Origin: an uncultured Lachnospiraceae bacterium
GTDB taxonomy: Bacteria > Bacillota > Clostridia > Christensenellales > UBA1242
Direction of reading: 5' to 3'
DNA: 64,000 nt
Assembly (NCBI GenBank): GCA_964521165.1
Contig: CAZFRA010000001.1
Coordinates: 60,822-124,821, forward strand
The number at the start of each line of letters is the position of its first letter. Position 1 is the stretch's first letter. The notes under the pieces were generated by a model, which was given only the letters and a program-made list of their open reading frames with translations, was not told the origin of the DNA and searched no databases. The position numbers and the translations under genes are program-made. Shown here in pieces: positions 16,767 through 30,900 of this stretch.

Positions 16767-17318
16767 TTATTTTGAAATAATATATCGCACCACGATTGGC
16801 ATTGACTCTTCCAATGCGTTGATAAATTTTATATTCGCAGAAGTGGAATAAGGAATAAAAGTGTTGTCCTTTTTTATCAATTCTTTTGGTGAAATTTTTA
16901 AAATATCCACCATACTTTCACAAAGTAAATTCGAAATAATATATATTCCGTTATCCTTTGTTATGTTCCCATTTCTCAAAGCGTCATAAAGCACGGCGTC
17001 CACCGAAAAAATGATATCAAGCGCATACTTTAAGAAGAATTCAAATTTTTCGATAGCAAAAGTGTTGCCGTTGGCGCACGCAAGAATTTCCCACGACATA
17101 TATAAATCGTGATTAACTTTTAAATGTTCTGAAAAACCTTTATTATAAAAATACGCTACACAATCTTGCGCCACAGGGTCACCTTCCAACGCTTTTGTGC
17201 AAAGATCACTGAACGCGTCATCAAACCTACCCTTTTCGACAGAGTCCATAACTTCTTTTCGATATTTAATAAACAAACTTCGTGCTGTTGTTTTATTGAT
17301 AAAATTTTTGTAATCCAC
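16767..17318 (-). CDS. Hypothetical protein, possibly with a Sel1-like repeat
   Basis: The track ORF extends to 17396 through the cls terminator hairpin. GTG at 17318 has an AAGAGG SD 6 nt upstream. The segment ALEGDPVAQDCVAYFYNKG resembles a Sel1 repeat. Confidence 0.45.
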   Translation of the reverse strand: MDYKNFINKTTARSLFIKYRKEVMDSVEKGRFDDAFSDLCTKALEGDPVAQDCVAYFYNKGFSEHLKVNHDLYMSWEILACANGNTFAIEKFEFFLKYALDIIFSVDAVLYDALRNGNITKDNGIYIISNLLCESMVDILKISPKELIKKDNTFIPYSTSANIKFINALEESMPIVVRYIISK

Positions 17319-17349
17319 AATATACCTCTTTCTTATTATAACAGAATTA

Positions 17350-17393
17350 ACAAAAAAGATAAAGAAAAAACAATGTTTTTTCACATTGTTTTT
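17350..17393 (-). terminator. Rho-independent terminator after cls
   Basis: Minus strand: AAAAACAATGT-gaaaaa-ACATTGTTTTT followed by TCTTTATCTTTTTT. Confidence 0.7.
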
Positions 17394-17441
17394 CAAAAAT
17401 TTATTCTAAGTTTAGTTTTTTTTAATAAATTAGGCAATTTT

Positions 17442-18893
17442 TTAGAGAATTGGTGCTCCCAAACGATAAATCGCCTGCAAAAATTTTGTAAGCCAAGGGC
17501 GCTTGCGATAAAACTCTTTGTCTAACTTGATTGAATTTTTAATATCTTCCATAACCGTCACCATATATTTTTCGGCAACATCTTTGGTATACATCAAAAC
17601 CGTATTTTCAAAGTTAAGTGCGAAAGAGCGGTTGTCGGTGTTGCAAGTGCCGATTGAGATTTTGTTGCCGTCGACCACAACTGCCTTACTGTGTATGAAG
17701 CCTTTATATAGATAAACATCCGCGCCCATTTCCATAAGTTCTTGTAAATAAGAAAGCGAAACGTGGAAAATGGATTTGTGGTCCGGCTTTTTAGGAATGA
17801 TAATTCCGACCTTAACTCCGCTGGCAATTGCGATTTTGATTGCAGTCAAAAAACTTTCATCTGGCACAAAATATGGCGTTTCAATGAAAACATACCTTTT
17901 TGCATTAGTAATGAGTTTGATGTAACAATCCTTGATATTTTGCATATTGGTGTCAGGCCCCGAAGTTATCACCTGCAAACTGATGTCCCCTTTCATTTTA
18001 AGTTTTGGGAAATAACCTTCGGCAACATATGCTTCCGGCGACTTTTTTTCTTTTTTGCAATAGCGCCAGTCGTTAAGAAAGATATTTTGCAAAATATACA
18101 CGCCACTTCCTTCCAATCGTAAGTGTGTATCTCGCCACGGCGAACAACGTTTTTTTGTGCCATAAATATGGTCATCACGAATATTCATACCGCCCGTGTA
18201 AGCGATTTTTCCATCGATAACCACAATTTTACGGTGGTTGCGATAGTTCAATTTTAAGTTGATTAAACGAATATGCATAAACGGTGGAAAAAATTCCGCC
18301 ACTTCGCCGCCCGCTTTTTTGAGTTTACGGAAGAAACGACGCGGTGCACCAAGACTACCAACAGAGTCAAAGATGAATTTAACCTTAACCCCTTCTTTTG
18401 CCTTTTTAATGAGAATCTCCATTATTTCTTTACCAGCGACATCATCCGCAAAGATGTAATATTCCATATTTATCGATTTCTTTGCGTTTAGCAAATCGCG
18501 TTTAAGTGCAGAAATTTTATCTTTGCCCCAGCGGTAAAATTCCACTTTGTTGCCAGGGCAAAGAATACTTCCAAGGTTGTAACAACATTTTATGATTGAT
18601 GCTTCGTCCAAAAGTTTGTCGCGCAAATCTTCTTGCATAACAAGAATATTTTTAATTTCTTCGTTATAATCAAGTTCATAAAGTTTGAGTTTGTTCATCA
18701 TCTTGCGTGTTCGGTAAGAAAGTCCGTTGCCCATCACGATATAGAAAATATATCCAAAAACTGGCAAAACCGTCAAAACCGTCATCCAACAAACAATCGT
18801 TGAGAATGTTTTTCTTTCGAGAAAAATCATCGAGATTAATAAAAGTAGGTTAATAAACCAAGAACACACATAAATCCAAAACCAAGCATCCAT
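17442..18893 (-). CDS. cls: Cardiolipin synthase (PLD superfamily)
   Basis: 483 aa with two N-terminal TM helices and two HKD motifs (HRKIVVIDGKIAYTGGMN; HSKAVVVDGNKISIGTCN). The SD AGGAGAAAG lies within the 10-nt gap after the giant gene. Confidence 0.9.
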   Translation of the reverse strand: MDAWFWIYVCSWFINLLLLISMIFLERKTFSTIVCWMTVLTVLPVFGYIFYIVMGNGLSYRTRKMMNKLKLYELDYNEEIKNILVMQEDLRDKLLDEASIIKCCYNLGSILCPGNKVEFYRWGKDKISALKRDLLNAKKSINMEYYIFADDVAGKEIMEILIKKAKEGVKVKFIFDSVGSLGAPRRFFRKLKKAGGEVAEFFPPFMHIRLINLKLNYRNHRKIVVIDGKIAYTGGMNIRDDHIYGTKKRCSPWRDTHLRLEGSGVYILQNIFLNDWRYCKKEKKSPEAYVAEGYFPKLKMKGDISLQVITSGPDTNMQNIKDCYIKLITNAKRYVFIETPYFVPDESFLTAIKIAIASGVKVGIIIPKKPDHKSIFHVSLSYLQELMEMGADVYLYKGFIHSKAVVVDGNKISIGTCNTDNRSFALNFENTVLMYTKDVAEKYMVTVMEDIKNSIKLDKEFYRKRPWLTKFLQAIYRLGAPIL

Positions 18894-18903
18894 ATCTTTC
18901 TCC

Positions 18904-21900
18904 TTAAGCTGATTGCGAATTCTCCAAAATCAAAACAAATTCGACATACTCAAGTTGGCTGTTTATGTTAGTTTGAACATAAACACTTTGAACGAAATAG
19001 CCGTTTGTTTCAGTGATTCCCGATAAATCGAGTGAATTGTCAGTTATTACACTATATTCTTCTTCTGATTCGTCATATGAATAGAATACTATTGGCGTAA
19101 CAATAGTTCCGCTGACAATACTGGACACTCTTGATGCAATTGTATTAAGGTCGAAGGTGGAACCTGCGACAGAACTTGTTAGATAAAAATTACTGTTGGT
19201 AACTGTTTCGCTTGGCACAATAAAGAGAAGGTTGAAGAAGTAGTATCCCGCATAATCCACGTCGTTTTCTTCATACGAGTAGGAATAGATATAACTTCCC
19301 TGCAAAATACCATTGCTTAAATCAATTTCTGTTACTTCAGTCGCGTTAAAAGCATATCCCGAATTGGTATAAAGCACTTGCGTCGCAGTTTCTGGAAGAG
19401 TGATTCCAAGTTGATTTTGAAGATAACTGAAAAGACTGATTGTGACATAGCTATCATTTTGCGTCGCAAAATTTCCCTGATTGTCGAAAGTGTAAAGAAT
19501 GATATCGCCAATCGCCAAATTTTCAAAACTATTGTCAATATTGTCGTTTGCCACAAAAACTTGGATAGAAGATGCACTTTGTGGTACGCCATACAACTTC
19601 AAATTCACTTTGTAATAACTCGTTCCAATAAGGACATAGAAGTTTTCGTTGTCGGCATAAAGTCCGGTATTATCATCAACCGTGCCGTCCAAAACAGAGA
19701 TTAGTGTTATTGAAGATAAAATACCCGTGCTTGTATCGAACTTAAACCACCTTATTTCAGTGCCACTGCTAAGTTCAAGTTCATCGATGATAATTGAATT
19801 CAAGTTGGAAAGTAAGAAGGTGGAGTTGTAAACCGTTATCGCATTGACATTAACTTCGTCGGCATATTTATAGAAAGTAACATTTCGACGAACGAAGGTT
19901 GAAGTCGAACCCGAAGTTATTTCAATCAAGAACGACCTTTCTGCACTTGCCCAATCGTATGATTCTTCAACAATATAAGACTTATTATCACTTACTTTAC
20001 TTAAAACATTGTTTGTTCCAATAACATAAACAGTGTAGGTGTAGCCGTTTTCAGAATATCCAAACAAATCAAGTAAATCTATCCCTTCACTTCTGTAAGT
20101 TTCACTACTATCATCACTCTCCACCCAAGTTATTAAACTGGAAGACGAACTGGAATTATAAAGTTTAAAGGTAACTTTATATTTCACCAAGGTTGAACCG
20201 TTCCAAACATAGTAATATTCAACTTGTACATTGTTAAAGGTGGTGTTGTAGTTTTCAGTTTGAATGGTGGAACTTACATTATTTTCAATTTGATAGAATG
20301 TTCCGCTTCCGAACAGATTTGAAAGTGTGTAAGTGGTGGCATACGCCCAGCCAATTTCATATTCTTGAATCGTGGTTTCGGTTTCATACACATAGAAGTT
20401 GACGCGAATAAACCTAACATCATTGCCATTCACCACGATAAGACTTATCGTTCTAATTCCAGAAGTTGAGGCTTGAAGAAGAGTTTCAAAATCGATTTCG
20501 TCGACTCCGGCTCCACTTTCAACAACTTTCCTGCCGGTGCTAAGGTCATAGAATGTGCCACTTAAAGTTTGGTTATTATCGTCAGAACCGACTAGAGTTA
20601 ATTTATAAGAATCAGAATCACTCTCTTTCTCAAAACTAGTCGTAGTTATATCGCTGTTAGTTGTGTATTCTGCCGAATATTCGGTTGGACTTGACGAGTT
20701 ATAGACAATCACTTTTGCCGTGAAAACGCGATACTTAATTTCCGAACCGACGCGATAGGATTCCACAAAAAGACTGGTATAAACTCCGGCGGTGCCATAT
20801 TCATAAGAATCAAGGTTGCCGTGAGTGAGATATGAAGAATCACTGTCATCTTTTTGTATAATTCTAAATCCATTGTTTGATGTAAAGACTAAATTATCTG
20901 AATCATCATAAGCATATGATGTTGCTGTAAACATTTCGCTAAACACAAACGTTCCGTCTTGTGCAATAAGATAATCGCCCGCACTATCAACTTCGCTTCC
21001 ACTTGGATATATCTTGTTATATGAAGAAGCGTTAGCACTTCCGCAAGCATATACTTTATCGCCACTGTTAAGCACAATCAGTGTGGAAGCAACACCGCTT
21101 CCAAAAGCATAAACTCCAGCAGTTTCACCAGTAACTTCAATGATTGCACTCGATTCTTTGCTTGTATTATATGTATCTTCGGAAAGCACAAAGGTTAAGT
21201 TTGTTGTTATGACATTGTACCCTGTCGAACCATTGAACAATCCATCCATACCCGAAACTTTTACGCCGATATCAACAGTGATTGTTGTTGAGCTGACATT
21301 AAAGCCTAAATTTGTGGTGATAACACCCATATTGTCGATTATGGCGTTTGCTTGAATGCTATAAGTAAAGACATATGGCGTGCTAGAAATTGTGTAGTTA
21401 CCACTGTTGCTGTCAAGCGCGTCTTGATAAGTCAAATAACTATCATTACCCCAACCAGTTGGCGAAATAACGAAATACTCATCACCGTTTGTTTCCACAC
21501 GATAATAGTTATCAACAACATAGTAAGTTGCACCACTCACAGTGGCAGAAATCTGACTCACAACTGGATATATATCCACTGTTTCCACTTGTTGATAATA
21601 TTGAGTGCCTGATGTTTCTCCAGATGCTCCACTCGAGCCACTTTGACTTCCTCCGCTAGATACACTGCTATCATAATTTATTCCAACAATAGTATAGAAA
21701 GTGCGCATTGCTGAATTGGTTGATGCACCAATTTCACTTACATCTTCAATATTAAAGGTGATTGTGTTTGTTCCGTCTGCCAAATTTGTGGTTGTGAATT
21801 CTGAAATTGTAATATCTAAAGAATTAGCACTATAACCAATTATCGACCCGTCAGTGTCAATGTTTGTTATTGAATTGTTACGGTCGCCATAGTATGCTGT

Positions 21901-24900
21901 ATACTTCGTTCCTTCACTGATATTTCGGATATGAAGTGTGTAATTGGTTATCAATTTATTATCCTCATCCAAATGGTTAGCAACTTCAGAAATTCTAATA
22001 AGTGTTCGGTGGTCATAGGTATTTGTGTTGGTCAAAGTGATATAATCAGAATCTTCAGGAGTTTGACCATAAACAACAATCGCATACTCTAACGAACCGC
22101 CCGCACTGAGTTCAATTTCCAAGGTATCGTTATAAACATCAACATCATCGTCGCCAACAGCAAAACTATCAATTGAAATTGTGTCTGTGTCAAGATAAGA
22201 TGTCGTTTGAAGGGTGCCTTGCGTGGTTTTGTGAATGGTTAGGTTGTGTCGCAATTCCGCAGTGCTACTTTCATCTTCGTCCAAAATCAATTTGATAACC
22301 ATAACAACATCAATTGTGTTAGATTCACCAAAATAAACCCCAGAGAAGTATGGAATTTTGAAAGTTGTTTCAGTTGAACCTGGTTGAGTTGTTTCACTGA
22401 GAATATCGGTATTGGAAGAATCGTAAACATATGCACCTTCAGATGCCGAGCCCGTCGTAACAATTGGAACATAATTATTACCACTTCCAGTCGAACCATA
22501 CTCAGCTTCTCCAACAACCACTCCGTCGATTTCAAATGTTACGCTTTCTATTTTGATTCTTTGGATTTCAGATTCGTAATTTTCGTCGTAATCATCACTT
22601 AGAAATGCGTCTTCTGTGACTGCAGGAATGATTGTGTATCCATTATAAATATTCGCATCAATTCCGCCAAGAGTGATTGTAAGAGAAGTTGACGAATCAT
22701 AGTTTGGCTCGTCGGAAAGAATTCTTGAACTACCGTTTGGTGAGTAGAAGGTACCATTAACATAAAGCGCAAACACCATCGAAATGTTTTCGTCATACAA
22801 ATCTCCTTCATTTTCTTTATATTTCAAATAAACATAATATTCCGTGATTTCCTTATCTTTTAATAAATCAGCATTTTTGGTTGCATATGTCACAATTTCA
22901 GACCCATTATTCGCATTGTAAGCGTAAACAATATCAAAATTTGTAATAACATCATCATCACCTTTTGTGTTTTCTATTGTTACACCATAGTTGTCTGTGG
23001 CTTCGGTAAGTTCGATTGTGTAGGAATAATCGTATGCAAAAGCACCATATGTGTTTTCTGTTGTATTTCCACTATCATCAAGTTCATATGCACCTGTTAA
23101 AGTGCCACTTGCAAAGGTGATACTATAATATTGCGCACCAATTTCTCCGTTATCACCTTGATAAACATTCGTTGTTCCAGAAACGATTACAGGATTGATA
23201 TTAGCCTCAATTGTGAAATACAACCTTATGCGATAGCCAAAGTTATCAATTGCGTCGATATAATAATATCTTTCGCCCAACGCCACCGTATTTGTTGTTA
23301 TCGTCACTGAAGCAGTGGAATTAACTGAAGCATATGTGTAGACCGTATCACTATCGTTAACCGACCAGCCATCAGTTCCCAATAATCCCGCAAATACATT
23401 ATCAAAATCTGTGTTATATTCGCCAGACGTGTAACTTGTGAAGGTGTATGAGAACATATACGCCACATTTATACTATTTTGCAACGCTTGCCAGATTGGA
23501 TCAACATCACTATTGCTTGACGCATAAAGATAATGCGTGGAGCCACTTCGATTTGAGTCGCTTGTTATACTATATGGACTGTCAATGTTTGTTATTGCAC
23601 TCACCGTTTCGCCGTCAATTGTGATATCATCTTCAGTGCCGTTAATATAGTTAGCGCCGGTTGTGTCGCTGTTTGTTTTAAACCTAATTTCATAGTTTGC
23701 TTCAATCTTGAATCTAAGATTTGCACTCACCGTGACTGCGTTTGTTCTGTCTGCGTCAAAGAAGGTGGTGTAGGTGATTCTTACCAAAATGAAGTTACCG
23801 TCCACGCTAGCACCTTGTGCAGTAATTGTCCAGTTCGCACCATAAGTATCACTCGCCTGTATGACAACATAGTTGGAAGTTTGTGAACCACCTGAAACTA
23901 AACCATTATTCAATTCAGAGTTATATCTTGGGTTAATTCCGGTTGAATATCCTTCGCTTATGAGTTGATTATGAATCGCATATGCTTCTTGGCTCAAAGA
24001 GTCACCGTCATTACTAATTGCCACATCGCCAAATCCATAGACATCCAAAGTTAAAGTGCGCGCAGCGCTTATATCGCTTGAAGTTAAAGCGCTATTCGTT
24101 TTTGCATCCAAAATTCCGAGTGAACTTGCATTTGCGAGCAATGAGAATTCAGAGCCAGCGGTTATTGTTTGGTAAGAATCTGTGGCACTTGAAGTAACTT
24201 CAAAGCGAACACCGAAGCGTACACGATAAGAGTAACCCGTCGCAATTTCGTTTTCATCTTTGGTCAGAACATAATAAACGTTATATTGTGTGGTAACATT
24301 CACTTGTGTTGCGCTAAATTCTACATCTTCAACATCTTTGCGCTCGCTGGTTGTTGGATTATTGAGTTGCAAACTACTATCAAACAAATCATCATCAACT
24401 GGGTTGTTTTCGTTTTGAGCATTACCAAGTGATGTGTAGGTTCCTTTATATGTATATCCATCCAAATTGAGTCCTAAATCATCAGTTTGCTCGCCAGAAG
24501 TTGAGAAGGAGTGTGCCAAGATGAAACTTGTGCCAGATTCGTTTTCAAAACGCAAATAGTAAACACTTTCTAATATTGCGCCACTCTTAATTGTGTAACT
24601 TATCGTTGAATTCTCGCGCGTTTCAAGTTTTATTCTTGCCACAGAGTTATCCACTTCGTTACCGTTATACAAAAGCACAATTCGGTTCGTGATTATTGGT
24701 GTGTATGCAAAAATTGTGTTCACATCTTGTGCGTCAGTTTGGCTGTTAGCCGCGGTCTGAGTTAAGTAAACACCAGTAAATTCGTAACCTTCATAAGATT
24801 CGCCCAAATCCACCACAACATCAGTATTCACACTGGAATTAGTCACTTCAATAATGAGTGGAGATCCATTATTTCCAACATCGGTGCTATCAAAACGAAG

Positions 24901-27900
24901 GAAATATGAACTAGCCGACGCGGTGGAATAAAGGTTATACTTCAACATTCTGCCGTACGCAAACAATGTGTTGTCGTTGTATGTGGCAACATCTTCCACA
25001 AATATTTCTTCATAGTCTTCTGTTCGTGTCACAGAGTTAGTTTGCACGCTCACAACATCCGAGTTGCTCACTTCAACTGTGTAGTAGACTTCATAGGTAT
25101 TGACAACCAATCGGAACACAACTGTTCCAGAAGTTGATTTGCTTGTAAGCGTGAAAGTTATGTTATATGAGCCAATGAGAATATTGCCATTATTATCTAC
25201 TGTACAAGTTCCGCTATCAAGCGATGTTGTTTCTTCGTAAGTTGTTGTGTTAAAGAGAACTGAAACATTGTTAATGGAGTTGATTTCCAAAGCGTAGGAA
25301 TATGAATATGAATTTTCATTACTCTCGTCCGTCTTTTTAATTTCAAACCGATTTCCAGTTTCACTCTTTGTGAAACTTGCCTGACTGTTGAAGAAATCTA
25401 CAAATGTTGCTCCGTCGTCGACATATTCCACTTGAAGTTGTACTTGTTCGTTGCTCTCGTTGGTGGTGTAAACATCTGGATAGTTTGCAACAACTTCGAC
25501 ATTTGGCGTGATCTCGTAATTATATCTCAATGTGAAGGTGAAGATTACCACGTTATTAAAGCGATATTCAATCTCAAAATCTTTCTGATCGTTTTGCACA
25601 GAGCCAACATTATCAAGTGAGATAGTTTCTGTTGTTGAGCCGCCGGCAAAGGTAATTTTGTCGTATACCCCGCTGAAATTGAAGACTGTTTTAATAGCAT
25701 CATAAACACTTTCGCCTTCCTTCAACTCAAGAATTATGGTGTTGCCAGAATAGTAAGTGTTTGAATCGTTATAAATTATCACATTTGACGCGCTAAACAC
25801 TGTGGTTGCCGTGAAGGTTAAAGTGAATGTGAAACTGTAAACTGTCACATTATCAACTTTATGTTCTGCCAAAATTTCCACTTCAAAATCTTCTGTAGAA
25901 TACGCAATATTGAAAGTTGGATTATTGCTTACGTCAGTGCCTATCATAACTTTATTCTTCACTGCGTCGCTGTTGGTGTTAGCAAGTGAGAATACGAATT
26001 CACTAAGCACTTCGTCATTGTCCTTATTTATATATTCAATGAAATTATCGATACCATATTCATTTCCGCTTGCAAATGTCAAGTTGTCTGTGGCGTATGT
26101 CACTTCATATCCTGCATCAAAATTGAAGATAATGTCGAAAATATTTAAATAACTGGTGTAAATTCCAAACGAGAAGTAACCATCTTCACTGATTTGGTCT
26201 TTTGTGGCAAAAGTGAGTTGATATTCGCCATTTCCAATTATCGAGAAATCAAAATATGAATAACTGCCGTCTTCAAGGAAGAAGTAATAGACACTATCAT
26301 TAATCGTGTATTGCACAACAATACCACTGACGCTGTTAAGTGTATATTCATCTTTAACAATAACAAATTCCTTGCCAATTCGATAAACGCCGGATTCAAA
26401 AGCAGTGACACCTACTGCCGCTGCATTAGGATCATCAAGGAAGGATGCCGTTTCGCCGTTTGATTCATAAATTTGATCACCTTCATTATATTCAAGCACA
26501 TCCAAAGTGTCGCCATCGTTCAGTTTGATAATTTGATAGAAGTAATTCTCATAATCTTCTTTTGAAGAAGTGATATGAGTATACGCTCCGGTATCAGGCG
26601 TGTAAATACTATTTGTCACGCGTTGCAAAGTTATATCGTAGGTATAAATTTCGCCAATTGTGACACTTGTTTCAATATCTATATATTGTCCTGTATAATT
26701 TGCTATTTCTTCGTTATTGTAACTTACAGTATAACGATAGGTTGGCACATCTTCGCCGTTATATATAACACTATAAATTCTCGTAGAAGAAATCATTACC
26801 ACGTCATTAACATAATAAGTCTTGGCAATTTTGATGCTGATTTGTGCATCGCTGTTAAGAATTTCCACACTCAACACACCGCTGTTAAGTTGAAGAGTTA
26901 GTGCACTGTGAGTGTAAGTGTAAATATATGTGTCACCGTCATAGGAATAAACAACTTCTCCGCCTACAGTCACTTCATATATAGAATATACCGCGCTTAA
27001 AACTGCGCTATTATTCTCGCCACGAATAAGTTCTGGAGTTGAGAATCGAGTTTCTCCAATTGCACTGCTGGACGCGTTTTCGGATGTAAACTCTTCTTCA
27101 AAGTCAACAACAAACACTGTGTCGGTATAATACTCGCCACTTGCGTTGTATGGATAAGTCGGTTCGTTGATTTGATAGTTTGGTTCAATCTTTATGCGAT
27201 AATAAAGCGTATAAGTTGTTTGGTTGCTATTATTGAAGTATGTCAAAGTGAGTGTCAAAACAGCATAAACATCTTCACCCGTGTCAGCAAAATTCTTTAA
27301 AGTAATCGTGCCGGAAATGTTATCATAAGTGATAAGGTCTCTATAGCCTTCCGTTACAGAGAGAACTGCTAATTCTCTAGAAATTGTGCTGCTGGATTGA
27401 TAATGGAAGCCATATTCATTCTCACCTGCTATTCCGTCGACACTGTCGGTATAAACAACCTGATATGTTTCGCCGGCAATATATGTGTCATAAATTCCTT
27501 CTTCCACCATATTGTTCAAGAAATTGTTGATAGCGTCTTCAGTTGTTTCATCCAAAACAATTGAATAGAAATCATAGTCGTTTTCATATTCCACAAAATT
27601 CAAACTAACTTTTGTAAGTCGAATTTGAACACTTATACTGTTGGTGATGCTTCCGGATATTATGGTGCTGAATATTGCCGATGCTTCTTCGTTGAATGCA
27701 CTAAGTTGACCTACCACTAATGTTGCATTGCTGAATGTGATTGTGCCTGTGGCAGTACAACCCCAACCATTATCAATGTTATATGTTTGATATTCCAGCA
27801 AAATCAAAATGTAATCATCGCCATTTTTGAGAACAGTGTATTTATCATCCGTTTCGAAAATTAAGCCCAAAACGCTTTCTGCCGAATCAGCATATCCAAC

Positions 27901-30900
27901 TTCAAAATGTAAATCAGAAACAAGTTGACTGATTTCGCCGTTGCTAGATTTATACAAGAATTGCACATTAGTCAAAGCATTGTCGCTGCTGGTTGTTTGG
28001 AGAGTGATGGTGTCGGAAATTCTCTCGCCTAAATTTCCATTGTAACTCGATTGTTGATATAAGTTGAATGAATCATTTACAGCCAAAAGCCCCGAGTTGT
28101 TTAAGAAGGTGAGTTCTGCTGATGAAAAGACATCGGTTAAGCTGTCCGCACTTACACTTTCAATATATGATATGTATGATGTCGCCTTATATAGATTGTA
28201 ATAATTAGTTAAACCGGCCATCGTAGGCGTTTCGTTTCCATCACCAACAATTCCATCAGCGCCATATAAATCGACATTTTGCGTGTTTTCCACAATGATA
28301 TAGTTTGGATTTATCACAAAACCAATTGTGTAACTAAACGCAAAGGTGTTCACTCGTTGGAAATAAATTGTAACATCAACTGTTGTCAGAACTTTCACAT
28401 CCGAGAAATGCAATTTTGCAGTGGTATTGTCAGTCACCAAATAAACTGTACCAGTTTGTCCCGTGATTTGAACATCTTGGATGTAAAGATATGTGTTGTT
28501 ACTCGTCCAAGTTGGAGTAGTTCCCTCCGCTGTAAAAGTGAATGCCAACGGTAAGTACTCGTTAAGGTCTAATTCATCGTCACCAAAAACCATATATCTA
28601 TCTCTGTTTTCATCGCTGCCATATGTTAAATATTCAGAATATTGGTCAGAATACGCATTTAAGTAATTTGAATAAGTTATCGAACCTTTGATTGTTAAAG
28701 TAAGTTGGATATTAACAATTCCGTTTGCGTCGGTAACTGTGAACACTAAATCAGTATCATATGCAAAGATTGTGTTGATTTGAATTGCTTCAATGGTGCT
28801 ATCGGCATTATATGCCACAAGTTGACCTGAATTGTCGGCATATGACGAATAAAGTGTTATCATTCTTATATTACTTTCGTCTAAACTGAAAAGACTGTCG
28901 CGTTGGACTTCCGTTAAACTTTGATAGAGATAAGAATCTTGAAGTTTGAAAGTAAGTCCGCTCATTTCGGCGGAACTGTTGGTATCTTCGCCAACATAAA
29001 CTCTTAATAAATTAGACAAGCGGATAATCGTATTGCTGGTGCCGACATATTTTTGTACCGAAATAACGCCAAAGTTGTCGGCATCTACATACTCCGGCGA
29101 CGTATCCGAAGAAACTAAAGACATATCGTTTGCATCATATTGCACATTTGTAATACCATAGCACTTAATAGAAAAATAAATTTCACTTGTGTAGATGGAT
29201 TCTGCATAATTCGACCTAATGGTTGCGTAAACTGAACTATCCTCGGTTTCACCGTTAGTCGAATTGAAACTTGTGATTTGGTTGTAGCTATTGATGTTTA
29301 TATAGTTATTTCCAGTCTCTTCCATAAGAGTGTAAGACGCTGCGTTGGAATATATAACTTTACCAATCTGGTCAATAATCACCACTTCCAAAAGTTCGGA
29401 AAGGTCTTCCAAACTCCCAATTATGTTGGCGCTTGAACCCCAAGTGATTGTTGTTTCACCCGATGAGTTTATCGTCACATAAATTATATCATCGCTGCTG
29501 TAACCTGCTTGGTTATAATCAAAAGCATACACACCTTCTGTTGCAACTTGTGTATAAACCGTAAATTTATTTGCTGTTAAAGTTTCATAAGACACTTCAA
29601 TCTCTTTTTCTTGAAATTCTCTGCCGTTGTAGTAAACAATCCAAGCAGTAAATTCTTTTCCATCATAATCATAGAAGTTTGAAGAAACACTAACACTTGC
29701 CGTTGCTTGAATGGTTGTTCCAGAACTTGTGAAAGTCATTGAAGTATTATCAATTTCAAGCACTTCACTAATGCTATTGTTTTGGTCACGAAATTGGACT
29801 TGAATATACGCACTTGTTGAGTCTTCTTGAACATTCAAACCGGCATTGTAAAGATTTTGAATTTCATCCACGGTCACACTGCCGCTTGCGCTATTATCAA
29901 AGGTTATGGTAAGTTCCACACTATCACTTGAAGTGCCTGTAGAGTAGAATATCGACGGAAGGTAAATTTCGTTCTCATAGTTAAATTGCCCAGAAATTAC
30001 AGAAACCATCGAAATACTGGAAGTTAAGTTGTTAAACGGTATAGTGGCATCCACTTCCAAAAGACGCGAAGGGCTTATTTGAACGAAGGAATATTTTCCG
30101 TCATCCGTATAAACATTACCGTCGGCGTCTGTCTTAACCGTAGCAAATATTACATAAACTTCTTCGTTATAGTCACCAAGTGGAGTTAAAATGCTAGATA
30201 CTTCATAGAGTGTTACTTCTTCCACACCTGAATTTAACGATAGTCCACTAAGTTCGCTACTTAAATAAGTTACGCTGGAAGTGTATTGGAAAGCATTTTC
30301 GAGATTATTCAAAGTCCCACCACTTTGAGAATATAAGAAATATCTAACCGTGCGATATGTGTTAATACTTGGAATAACAATATCATCTGAAAGGTCAATA
30401 GAGTCTGCTTGACCGTTGTCACTATCATAAACAAGTGTGATTGTTGAGTTGTCAGACCAACTTACATTATTATCCTCACTTGCTCTGAAGTTGATGGTGA
30501 AGGTTGGAAGCGTTTCAAAAGTTGAATTGTCGTTGTAGAAAATTTCATATCCACCGCTGCTATCTTCGACAAAAAGCGCCACCAGAAATTCCACATTGTT
30601 TACTTGTGAAGACGCCAAACGGAAATTGTAATTCATCGCGTTTGATGCAGTGCTGGTGTTTGGAAGAATGAAATAATAAGTCGTTACATTTTCGTTGACT
30701 TGAACAGAATAATCCGCCGACGAGTCAAACGTCAACTGGTTGATAACATAAGATTTTGTATCGTCAAGATTTGTGGTCACAACCACTTGCATAACATTTT
30801 CGCCAACAATTTTAAGACCTTCCACATCACTGCTGTTAATCGCAATGCCAACCATACCAGCATAACGCGAGTTTACATTAGTATAGTTGTCATCATAAAT

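Noticed and set aside
7151-17400. Genomic island or prophage remnant integrated at tRNA-Ala (dUTPase, nrdDG and the T4CP lie downstream)
   Set aside because: I saw no integrase, no recombinase and no direct repeat of the tRNA 3' end. dut and nrdDG carry normal host-like signals (NrdR boxes, SD). The idea stays possible but is unsupported.
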